From Promethearchaeota archaeon (GTDB taxonomy: Archaea > Asgardarchaeota > Lokiarchaeia > Sigyniarchaeales > SOKP01), in the NCBI GenBank assembly GCA_048938445.1, contig JBHLME010000035.1:1-36768 (forward strand): a stretch of DNA of 36,768 nt, written 5' to 3'. This document shows, piece by piece, positions 9,898 to 18,546 of the stretch (positions are counted from its first letter, which is position 1; each line of letters starts with the position of its first letter). Below the pieces are notes generated by a model, which saw only the letters and a program-made list of their open reading frames with translations, ran no database searches and had not been told where the DNA came from. The translations under genes were made by a program, and so were the position numbers.

Positions 9898-11076
9898 TTA
9901 TTCTAATAATTTTCTTCGGTTAATGAAGTCGATCATTTCAAGAAATACTTCAATATCTTCAAATTTCTCTGATTTTCTTAAATATTCCATTATACTTTTA
10001 TTTTGATAAAAAAAAAATCCAAGCACGAAATTTCTATCTAAATTAAATTTTGAAAGTGCTTTGTTTAATATTTGGGTAATATGATCTGTATATTTAATTT
10101 CGATTTTTGAATATAATAGATCATCGAAAATTAATCTCCGAATTAAGGGAAGTTTTTCTTCCGTGATTTTCGATGTTTTGAACACTTCATTAATTATTAG
10201 CAGACGCGGGCAGTTTGAAATTAAATTTCCTTCAAAAATTGTTTTTTCCATGAATTCTGATATGAGAGGTTTTAGCCATTGAATATTGCTGTCATCCTTG
10301 AGGTTAATACATATAACGATGGATTCTAAGATCCACAAATAAAAATTTTTATCAGCTATTTGAATGTTCATGTTTTTTGGAATCTTAGAATAGATTGTCA
10401 TGGCTTCTTTCATTTTTTTCTGAGCTAAAGCTGTTAAATCAATAGAATTAAACATGGGAGAGCACACTAAGTCATATTTCCAATGTTCAAATGTATTGAA
10501 AATGATTAAAAAATCATATATTGGATGACTTTCAAGTACTGATTCATGTTCTTCTTTATATTCAAAATATTTAAGATCTAAATCTGCTGTATTATCATGC
10601 TTTTTTAATTGAATGATATGTGAATTTAGTATACCGTTATATCCTCCATGTTCTTCAAGGAGGACAGTGTTCACGTGAAGTTCATTTTTATAATAATGGG
10701 CTATTTTATATGCACACAACTCCTTACCTAAAAACTTTTTAAAAGGTTCCATGGAAATATAAGATGTATCATCACTTGGCTTGAATTTAATTTCAGCAGA
10801 GCATAATTGGCAATTAAATTTAATAGTTCCTAAATCGTTCCCTAACTCAAGATCAACTTTTTGATATCCCCGAATTTTGAAATTTTTATCAATGAATATT
10901 TGAAAATGATGATTACAAACAACTTCTCTTGGAATTGATATTGTAGTTAGGCCATCTTTCTTTAACATATTCTGAGGTACATGGATTAATTTTTTTTGTT
11001 GACAAATTGGACAGACAACATTTACTCCTTGAGCATCATATCCTTTTTCATCAAGTAAGAATGTGTTATAACTCAT
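9898..11076 (-). CDS. Hypothetical protein with N-terminal Cys/His Zn-binding domain (Loki-type)
   Basis: CPIC...CNHHFQIFIDKNFKIRGYQKVD, then a second degenerate CQLC...H...H unit; ends 16 bp upstream of the methyltransferase (operon-like). Confidence 0.7.
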   Translation of the reverse strand: MSYNTFLLDEKGYDAQGVNVVCPICQQKKLIHVPQNMLKKDGLTTISIPREVVCNHHFQIFIDKNFKIRGYQKVDLELGNDLGTIKFNCQLCSAEIKFKPSDDTSYISMEPFKKFLGKELCAYKIAHYYKNELHVNTVLLEEHGGYNGILNSHIIQLKKHDNTADLDLKYFEYKEEHESVLESHPIYDFLIIFNTFEHWKYDLVCSPMFNSIDLTALAQKKMKEAMTIYSKIPKNMNIQIADKNFYLWILESIVICINLKDDSNIQWLKPLISEFMEKTIFEGNLISNCPRLLIINEVFKTSKITEEKLPLIRRLIFDDLLYSKIEIKYTDHITQILNKALSKFNLDRNFVLGFFFYQNKSIMEYLRKSEKFEDIEVFLEMIDFINRRKLLE

Positions 11077-11371
11077 TTTATTATCACATATTCATTTTTA
11101 AATTTGATATACCATGTGATTGTGCCTTTCTAATCCAAATAATTTAACCCCATGAAATAAATTATTTGCTAATGTTCTAAAGCAAATATAATATATTTAA
11201 ATATATTCTTTTTCTACCAGGATTAGCAGGATTTTTTGAGATTTTACTTAATTGTCAAAATCAATGATCTAACAACCGAATACTTAATAATTATTCCATA
11301 TTGAAGTAAATTTTAAATTTATAATAAGCTTAGAAGAATATAATATCAATTACATTTAACTAAGGAAAAAA

Positions 11372-11758
11372 ATGTCAATATTAGGTATAGTGGGTTTACC
11401 ACATTTTTGGATGATGATAACTGGGATAATTTTATTAGCTATTTCCATCGTATCAGTAACCTTACATAAACCAAAAAAATGGTTCGAGATTCATAGAATA
11501 TTTGCTATGGTAGGGATCGTACTAACAATTATCGGAATTTTTGTCTTGACAAGGCTTATTATTGCGTTAGTTCATCAAATTATAGGTATTGTTGTATTAA
11601 TTTGGTTAATTGGTGAAATTATCGGCGGATTCGTTGCATATAAGAAGAAAGATCCAAAAATGCGTAAATTACATGTATTAACTGGTAGATTAGCATTTAT
11701 AACGGTTATTGTTGTTATTATCTTGGGTATTATAGGGATTTTAGCGATACCGATTTAA
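11372..11758 (+). CDS. Cytochrome b561-like 4-TM di-heme membrane protein
   Basis: Four TM helices, each with a His in b561 spacing: PHFWMM, WFEIHR, VHQIIG, LHVLTGR. Confidence 0.7.
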   Translation: MSILGIVGLPHFWMMITGIILLAISIVSVTLHKPKKWFEIHRIFAMVGIVLTIIGIFVLTRLIIALVHQIIGIVVLIWLIGEIIGGFVAYKKKDPKMRKLHVLTGRLAFITVIVVIILGIIGILAIPI

Positions 11759-11843
11759 TTTTTCTATTTTTATAGGATTCTTCAGTTAATACTCTATACA
11801 ATCCAAAGAAGGAGATGGATTCTAATAAACTAACTTAATATTT

Positions 11844-13871
11844 TTATTTAACTAACCTTTTAAACTCATCTAATTTTCGAATGTTCTTAAAATCTGGATC
11901 GTCTCTAGCCATTTCTTTGAGGGCAGGATCGAGTTCAAATGCTCTTTTTAAGGACTGAATCGCTGAAACACTGTCATTAATGAGCGATTCGTAGCTTGCT
12001 TTATTATACCATCCAATACCGAGATTAGGATCTATCTGAATTACCTGTTCAAAGCATTGCATTGCCCTGCTGTAATTTTTTATCTTAATATAAGAAAGGC
12101 CCATGTTGTTCCAGGCTCTAATATATAAGGGATCGATTTTAAGTGCTTGAATGTAATGTTGAATAGCTTTTTGGTCATCTTCCATTTTATTGCATGAAAT
12201 TGCGATGCTATAATGGATATCAACGTTATTAGGTTCAAGTTTAAGTGCCTTTTCATAACACTCGCTAGCTTTATCATTTTTATTCATTGACTTGTAGTTA
12301 TTGCCCATATTGATCCACGTGGATACATTGTTAGGATCGATATCGACAGCAATCTTATAACATCGAATGGATTCCTCGTAATCCTGCATCATGTTGTATA
12401 CTTTTCCCATTTTAATCCAAGTAGATACATTCCCAGGATCAAGCTCCAAGAACATTTGATAACATTCGATCGCATTTTCGTATTGTTCTAACCTTTCATA
12501 AACAACTCCTCGATTGTACCATGCGGCTATTTTATTAGGATCTTTTTCCAGTACGATATCATAGCATAAGATCGCTTCATCAAGGTCTCCTATCTTCTGG
12601 TGAGCAAGTCCTTTATTAAACCATGCATCTACATCATCAGGATTCCTGTCATGCACGTGTTCATAGCAACGAATAGCTTTCTCGAAATCCTCCCTCTCTT
12701 GGTGAGCAAGACCTTTATTAAACCATACATCATTATCATTCGGATCCAGCTCAAGTACTCTTTCATAGCAACGGATTGCCTTTTTAAGTTGTTTTATTTT
12801 CTGATGAGAAAGACCCTTATTATACCATGCAGAGACTTTTCTTGGATCGATAGTAATCACTTGTTCATAACAATGAATTGCTCCTTCTGCATCATTTAGT
12901 TTTTGACACATGAGACCTCTATTAAACCATGCAGAAACGTGTTTAGGATTTAATTGGAGCGTTCTGTCGTAGCATTGGATAGCATGTTGATAACTCTCTT
13001 GTAAGTGAAATGTTAAACCTTTATTATACCAAGCATCAACATTATTCGGGTATTCTATTAAAACTTTATCAAAATATTCGATTGCCTTTGTATAATCCTT
13101 CATGTCTTTGCAAACAGTTCCTAAGTTTGTCCATACAGCCACGTTATCGGGATTTATTTTAAGCACGTTCTCATAGCACTGAATTGCTTTATCAAAAATC
13201 TTCATTTTTTGAAAAGCTAATCCTTGACTAAACCAAGCATCAATATCATGTGGCTCCATTTTTAGTACTTTTTTATAAAATCGGAGGGCATTCTTCATAT
13301 CATCTAATTCTTGATATGCGACGCCTTTATAAAACAAGGCAGAAATTTTTTTAGGATCTAATTCAAGTGCCCTGTTAAAACTCCTGATAGCACTTTTATA
13401 TTCTTGAAGATCTTTATGAGCTAAACCTTTATTATACCATGCAGATACTTTATCAGGATCCATTCTAAGTGCTTTTTCATAACAATCGATAGCCTTATCA
13501 AAGACTCTTAACTTTTGAAGCGCAAGACCCTTATTATACCATGCGGAAGGTATTTTTGATTCGATTTCAAGTAATCTATCAAAACAATAAATGGCATTAT
13601 TAAGGTCGTTCAAGTCAAGATATGTTTGACCCATGTTATACCATGCTTGTTCAAATCTAGGATTAATTTCAAGTGCTTTTTTATAAAACATGATTGCTCT
13701 TTCATAGTTTTTCATTTCATTATACGCGTTTCCAATGTTATTCCACGCTTCAACCTCGTTCGGATTGATTTCAAGTGCTTTTTTATAGCATTCAATAGCT
13801 TTTTCGTAATTTTCATTACTTGCGTGGGTATTTCCCTCAATACACCATTCTTGATCGGTTTTTGCGCGCAT
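11844..13871 (-). CDS. Tetratricopeptide repeat protein (~19 TPRs)
   Basis: Continuous 34-aa repeats (AWYNKG...A..CY..AL..DP) with a C-terminal ARDDPDFKNIR cap. Confidence 0.95.
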   Translation of the reverse strand: MRAKTDQEWCIEGNTHASNENYEKAIECYKKALEINPNEVEAWNNIGNAYNEMKNYERAIMFYKKALEINPRFEQAWYNMGQTYLDLNDLNNAIYCFDRLLEIESKIPSAWYNKGLALQKLRVFDKAIDCYEKALRMDPDKVSAWYNKGLAHKDLQEYKSAIRSFNRALELDPKKISALFYKGVAYQELDDMKNALRFYKKVLKMEPHDIDAWFSQGLAFQKMKIFDKAIQCYENVLKINPDNVAVWTNLGTVCKDMKDYTKAIEYFDKVLIEYPNNVDAWYNKGLTFHLQESYQHAIQCYDRTLQLNPKHVSAWFNRGLMCQKLNDAEGAIHCYEQVITIDPRKVSAWYNKGLSHQKIKQLKKAIRCYERVLELDPNDNDVWFNKGLAHQEREDFEKAIRCYEHVHDRNPDDVDAWFNKGLAHQKIGDLDEAILCYDIVLEKDPNKIAAWYNRGVVYERLEQYENAIECYQMFLELDPGNVSTWIKMGKVYNMMQDYEESIRCYKIAVDIDPNNVSTWINMGNNYKSMNKNDKASECYEKALKLEPNNVDIHYSIAISCNKMEDDQKAIQHYIQALKIDPLYIRAWNNMGLSYIKIKNYSRAMQCFEQVIQIDPNLGIGWYNKASYESLINDSVSAIQSLKRAFELDPALKEMARDDPDFKNIRKLDEFKRLVK

Positions 13872-14175
13872 GGTTTTGATTCATAAAGATAATATAATTC
13901 ATGTGAAATGAAATTTATAATCGCTATTAAAATATTAAATGTTATTATAAATAAATCTAAAATTTTTGGTTAATAGTTAAATTGATTGAAAAAGTAAGCA
14001 ATTAAAATAAATTTGCTTAAGTTAATTATAAGTTAAAATCCTCTTTTTTTAAAACTTGTATCTTTTTATGCATTCAATGTCATTGACCATATAAATATTT
14101 TTTTAAATAAATCTTTCAATCTATTTAAAATTCTTTTAACTTTTTAATACTTACAGAAAGATTTTTTTTTTTAGA

Positions 14176-14184
14176 ATTATTATA
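14176..14184 (+). promoter_or_regulatory. Putative TATA box of the tRNA-Gln gene
   Basis: ATTATTATA about 16-24 nt upstream of the mature tRNA 5' end. The AT-rich background makes this weak. Confidence 0.3.
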
Positions 14185-14199
14185 CTAATTTAATGAAAA

Positions 14200-14331
14200 A
14201 GCCCGGTAGTGTAGTGGCCAAGCATTTGGGACTCTGAATCCCGAGATCATACATTGCTTCTATGAATGACAGGAAACCGCGGTTCGAATTTTAGCGAGAA
14301 ATCTCGTTAATCGAATATCCGCGCCGGGCTA
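14200..14331 (+). tRNA. tRNA-Gln(CUG) with two introns (14246-14275 at 45/46; 14289-14317 at 59/60)
   Basis: Acceptor AGCCCGG/CCGGGCT with A1-U72 and discriminator A; anticodon arm TGGGA-CT CTG AA-TCCCG (CTG 14234-14236); T-stem CGCGG/CCGCG. Removing both inserts gives a canonical cloverleaf with variable loop AGAC and T-loop TTCGAAT. CCA is not encoded. Confidence 0.93.
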
Positions 14332-14337
14332 TTTTTT
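14332..14337 (+). terminator. U-tract terminator of tRNA-Gln
   Basis: TTTTTT immediately after the discriminator base; overlaps the stop codon of the convergent parvulin gene. Confidence 0.5.
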
Positions 14338-14689
14338 ATCCCGTGCGCTTAATAATATGATAACCAAATTTAGTTTTAATTGGTTGAGAAACTTCTCCTA
14401 TTTTTAATTTTGTGCAAGCATTCCAAAATTCTGGCACCATTTTTCCTTTCGGGAATTCTCCAAGATTTCCTCCCTTGTTCTTGCTCGAACATTCTGAATG
14501 TTGTCGAGCTAGATTCTGAAAATTTCCTCCTGATTGAATATCTTCATAAATTTCTTGAGCTTTACTTAATTTACTTACTAAGATATGACTCGCTTTTATC
14601 TTGCCTCCTTTAATCGGATCTCCACCTGATATATCAGATCCCTTAGTTGCTTTTGCTTTAGCGCCCTTTCCATATTTTGGTTTTCCCAT
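14336..14689 (-). CDS. Parvulin-type peptidyl-prolyl cis-trans isomerase
   Basis: ASHILV, F.NLARQHSEC.S..KGGNLG.F.KG.MVPEF, PIKTKFGYHII. Confidence 0.95.
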   Translation of the reverse strand: MGKPKYGKGAKAKATKGSDISGGDPIKGGKIKASHILVSKLSKAQEIYEDIQSGGNFQNLARQHSECSSKNKGGNLGEFPKGKMVPEFWNACTKLKIGEVSQPIKTKFGYHIIKRTG

Positions 14690-14761
14690 TTTAATTCACT
14701 AAATAATTGATCCTTATATAAATAGAATAAATATAAATGAGAATAGTTGAAATAATTGAGT

Positions 14762-15190
14762 TTAATTTAATATTAGGTATCTAAAATTCTTTACTTCTTT
14801 TATAGAATTTATTTCAACAACAATTTTTTGAAAATCTTCGAGTAAACCTTCAAAAATGAATGATATTATATTTCCTTCTTTACAGAAATATTGATGTTTG
14901 TTGACAATTTGACTTACATAATCATTTTCAATTCGATTGACTTTTTTTAAAATAGTTGTGTCATTTGGAATTACAACAACCATGCTTCCTGTAACATTCT
15001 TAGTAATTGGAAATGCCATAGTAGAGGAAGCTGAACTGACTTCAGAAGCGTCCATCGTAGACATCAGTCGAATTAATGCGTCTCTTATCAATTTTGACTT
15101 ATTTTCATATTGATTTTTTGAAACGAGTTTATTAATGAACGTTTTGAGACTCTCGTTAATCGAAATACTTATTATCGGAATTTTTACCAC
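14762..15190 (-). CDS. Ribbon-helix-helix regulator, NikR-like fold (RHH + ACT-like domain)
   Basis: IISISIN...YENKSKLIRDALI RHH signature followed by a beta-alpha C-terminal domain of NikR length; GTG start. Confidence 0.75.
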   Translation of the reverse strand: MVKIPIISISINESLKTFINKLVSKNQYENKSKLIRDALIRLMSTMDASEVSSASSTMAFPITKNVTGSMVVVIPNDTTILKKVNRIENDYVSQIVNKHQYFCKEGNIISFIFEGLLEDFQKIVVEINSIKEVKNFRYLILN

Positions 15191-15222
15191 CTAATTTTCC
15201 AAAATTATTTATTAATATAATG

Positions 15223-15233
15223 TGTGTAACACA
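15223..15233. promoter_or_regulatory. Palindrome TGTGT-A-ACACA adjacent to the minus-strand TATA box of the RHH gene (candidate operator)
   Basis: Perfect 5-bp inverted repeat immediately downstream of TTTATATT (15241-15234, minus strand). Confidence 0.4.
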
Positions 15234-15256
15234 AATATAAATAGTTAATGATTAAT

Positions 15257-17629
15257 TTATATTTTCAGAGAACGTGCTAAAACGTTTTTAAAATGCTCTA
15301 CATCATTAATGAGTTTATCTGCTTCTTCTTCACTGATATTCTCATCTTTTCCGTATTTATTTAAAGCAGTAAGCCAAAACTCAAGCCGACCTAAGACAGG
15401 ATCCTTATTTCCAAGCATTTTATTTAATCTTATATGGGTGTCATGAAGTTTATTTCGTATATTTTGAGCTTTCCACTTTAAAGCAGCATAATCTGAGACT
15501 TCTGCGAGATTCTGAGTTATTGCCATTACATCTATCGTCTTTTCTCTTTCATCTGATCGAATTTTTCTAATAATATTTATTTGTTCAAAAAGTAGTTCAA
15601 TTGCTTTAGCTAAAAATCCTGTTAATTGTCCAGGATTAGCACACCAAACCCTTACCTCTAAAGATTGGTTCTTTTCCGATACATAAATCCTTGTAATTAT
15701 TCTCCCGCCTGTTACTTTTGCTTCACTACAAAACCAAGCTTCTGCTTCATATGAATCGGTTGTATCGGTAGTTTCATGGCTTGTCACCATGCTCGTTTCG
15801 AAATTTTTAATAGAACGAATACCCGCTCTAAAAGCAAGACGAGGATCTAAATCTGCAATTAAAAATGCTCGTGCATCATTTGGAAGGGTTTGAATGGATA
15901 ATTGGCAATCTTCAATCGTGCTCAATGAAGTACATACTAAAGGACACTTGATTTGTACCTCTTTTTTTCGTATATTGATTGTACTCGATTCACCTCTTGC
16001 ATTTTTATATATAACAGTTCCTCCAAGATTAGATATACCACACTCATTTGGTTCTAGATAAAAATCAACTCCTCTCGAGTTTCCTTGTTCTATGACTGGG
16101 ATATTAATTAATGGGTCTTTAATTTTATAACTTGAAGGTACATCCAATATTACTTTAACACTATGAATTGCCATGTTCGTTTGATTACGGACTACAACTT
16201 TAAAATGAAGCTGACCTCCAATGAAATCATACTCTCTTACAACTTCTACTTTCCCTTTATCTTCTGATGCTGGAACTTTTTGGATTGCATCCTCTGGTAT
16301 CGGAGTTTCTGATGAGATAGAGTATGCAACAAAAAGTCTTTTATGCATGTCGATATATCCATCTATTTCCCCTTTTCCAATCAATTTCGCTAATAACTCT
16401 TCTATACTTGATTCTGTAACACCTAATCTATTAGAGAGATCTCTTAAAGGCATTGTTCTATAAGCTTTTGCAATCTCTTTAATTTTAATTTGGAGATATT
16501 TTTGAGTTGCAAATTCTCGTCTCTGTGTAAATATTCCCTTGATTGAACCTTTTTTAATTAGATTATGGAGACTCTTCCTTGCGAGTTCGACAGCGATTTT
16601 CAATGCAGTAGCTAATTTTGAGAGTTCAAACAATCCGCTTTGTTTTGCATACTCCTTTATTTCTTTATTAATTTGCGTCGAGGTGATTACTTGGTTTCCT
16701 TTATCGGCAAAGAATGCGCTTATTTCATTCATTCTCATAAGGTTTACACAAAATGATTTTACTTGTGCTACAGGTAAATTAAGATTTTTAGAGAGATCTG
16801 TTAATGAAATCCTTCCACTTTTATTTATGTCTGATTTAATAGTAGAAGTAATGTAACTTTGTGTATAATAAAAAGATTTATCTTGAGAAAATGAACCCTT
16901 TATTTGCATCTTACTTATGAGATTATAAATAACTTTAAGAGTTGTTTCTGTACTCATGTCTAACATTACTCCCAAATCCTGTACTTTTATATTCCCTTCA
17001 TTTTGAAACTTATCAAGGATTTGAGTTCTAATTTCATCTGAAATGTAATGAAACATCCCATTTTTCTGATCTATAATACCATAAATACGTTCTTCTTCAA
17101 TAAAATCATTTATTAATTTTATAAAATCCCGGGGAGAAATATTAAATGAGCTCTGAATGGTATCAAAACTCGTTACAGTACTTCTTTTAAGTAAATCTAA
17201 AAAGCATTTAGGGCAGATATCTTTACCTATTTTTTCCTTTAACCTCCTACTACATAATTTGAATCCCTTAATTAAATTATATCTCTGCCCTTCACGTACT
17301 AGTTTTTCTTTTGTTGGGAGAAATAAACCGGGTGTTTTCTCATATGAATTCCATCCACATTGAGGGTTTATACATTCAAAATAATATTGACCTGATGACA
17401 ATCGTTCTAATTTTAATAAAGATTTGCATTCTGGACAAGTACTATACTCAACAACCGTACATTTAAAATATTGCTCACTAGCTTTAGCTTTACTTACTTT
17501 AATTTCATGTTTTGGGCATGTCCATTCAGAAGTTGTTGTCATATGATTAATGCAAAAACTAGATTTACATCTTTCACAAGTAAATTCTATTTTTTCGGAC
17601 TCACAAAAAAGACATTTCATGTTATTCAC
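15257..17629 (-). CDS. Multidomain protein: Zn fingers + tandem PCI/winged-helix repeats + appendage-like domain
   Basis: N-terminal CxxC clusters (AN1-like CxxC-CxxC-CxxH and Zn ribbons); ~5 WH units, the last a clear PCI (LSNRLGV...IEELLAKLIGKGEIDGYID); Ig sandwich + platform from aa ~460; helical tail. Confidence 0.75.
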   Translation of the reverse strand: MNNMKCLFCESEKIEFTCERCKSSFCINHMTTTSEWTCPKHEIKVSKAKASEQYFKCTVVEYSTCPECKSLLKLERLSSGQYYFECINPQCGWNSYEKTPGLFLPTKEKLVREGQRYNLIKGFKLCSRRLKEKIGKDICPKCFLDLLKRSTVTSFDTIQSSFNISPRDFIKLINDFIEEERIYGIIDQKNGMFHYISDEIRTQILDKFQNEGNIKVQDLGVMLDMSTETTLKVIYNLISKMQIKGSFSQDKSFYYTQSYITSTIKSDINKSGRISLTDLSKNLNLPVAQVKSFCVNLMRMNEISAFFADKGNQVITSTQINKEIKEYAKQSGLFELSKLATALKIAVELARKSLHNLIKKGSIKGIFTQRREFATQKYLQIKIKEIAKAYRTMPLRDLSNRLGVTESSIEELLAKLIGKGEIDGYIDMHKRLFVAYSISSETPIPEDAIQKVPASEDKGKVEVVREYDFIGGQLHFKVVVRNQTNMAIHSVKVILDVPSSYKIKDPLINIPVIEQGNSRGVDFYLEPNECGISNLGGTVIYKNARGESSTINIRKKEVQIKCPLVCTSLSTIEDCQLSIQTLPNDARAFLIADLDPRLAFRAGIRSIKNFETSMVTSHETTDTTDSYEAEAWFCSEAKVTGGRIITRIYVSEKNQSLEVRVWCANPGQLTGFLAKAIELLFEQINIIRKIRSDEREKTIDVMAITQNLAEVSDYAALKWKAQNIRNKLHDTHIRLNKMLGNKDPVLGRLEFWLTALNKYGKDENISEEEADKLINDVEHFKNVLARSLKI

Positions 17630-17760
17630 AAAACTAAAAATTGAATATTTTTTTTTAAATTTGATTGAATTTAATATTAATAATAAAAATTCAAATTATA
17701 ATATTTTTGTAGTCCAAAATATAATGATTTTATTAAAATGACTTTTAAGTCATTAGCATG

Positions 17761-18486
17761 TCAAAAAAGGGATTCGGGAAAAATATTCACTCGAAAAATG
17801 CTTGCATACATGATAACGATATTAGAAATAATAATTATTAATAACATTAAAATAAAAAGTGTATTTTTTCTTTCATCTGTAGGCCTAATAAACCTCGAAG
17901 TGCCTTGTTTGATCAATGAGATCATGATTAATCCTACAAAAGTTCCAACTCCAAAATAAAATACATATAATGGACCCATTAATGGACCCTTGGTTGTTGC
18001 CAAAATGATAGCTTGGGAATAAATAATGAACTCAAAAATACAAGGAGCGAATCCTACAATTGTACCAAATAGAAACGGTGTCCTATTTTTTTCCCAATCA
18101 AGATGGGTAATGGAATCTTTATATCTTGCATGTATTTTTTGAGTATAATTACTTTTAGTTATAAAGAAAAATAGAACAATTGCAGCAATAGTATATGATA
18201 AGGCTCCAAAAAAGCTTATAAGGTAAGGGTCTAACCTAAAACCAGGTATAAAAAAATTTGGAGTAAAAATTATTAAAGTTGCGATCACAGCTATTAATAA
18301 ATTAGTAAACATTAAACCCAATCCATAAAGAACTAAGATTAATGCACTTCTTTTTGGACTCTTTGCAATTCCTAATGACCAGAAAAAGAATATTGCTTTA
18401 TCTTCACAAGGTATTATTGTATGAAATATTCCTATTATAAATGCAGGACCAAAATGGATTACTAAATCATAAAGCGCTTGTAGCAT
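17761..18486 (-). CDS. UreH/RcnA/DsbD_2-like six-TM membrane protein (possible Ni/Co transporter)
   Basis: GIFHTIIPCEDK (compare GxxHxxxP of the RcnA/UreH family), GFAPC, YFGVGT; 6 TM. Confidence 0.6.
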   Translation of the reverse strand: MLQALYDLVIHFGPAFIIGIFHTIIPCEDKAIFFFWSLGIAKSPKRSALILVLYGLGLMFTNLLIAVIATLIIFTPNFFIPGFRLDPYLISFFGALSYTIAAIVLFFFITKSNYTQKIHARYKDSITHLDWEKNRTPFLFGTIVGFAPCIFEFIIYSQAIILATTKGPLMGPLYVFYFGVGTFVGLIMISLIKQGTSRFIRPTDERKNTLFILMLLIIIISNIVIMYASIFRVNIFPESLF

Positions 18487-18546
18487 TTTATCTCAAAATA
18501 ATGTCTTTTTAATTTCAAGATTATTATAATATTAAGTCTTTTTTAA

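Noticed and set aside
11844-13871. Periodic nucleotide repeats (e.g. TTATTATACCA) every ~102 bp
   Set aside because: Explained by TPR coding repeats.
13996-14019. Inverted repeat TAAGCAA-N11-TTGCTTA upstream of the TPR gene
   Set aside because: Short and AT-rich, with no consistent second instance at the same spacing; compatible with chance.
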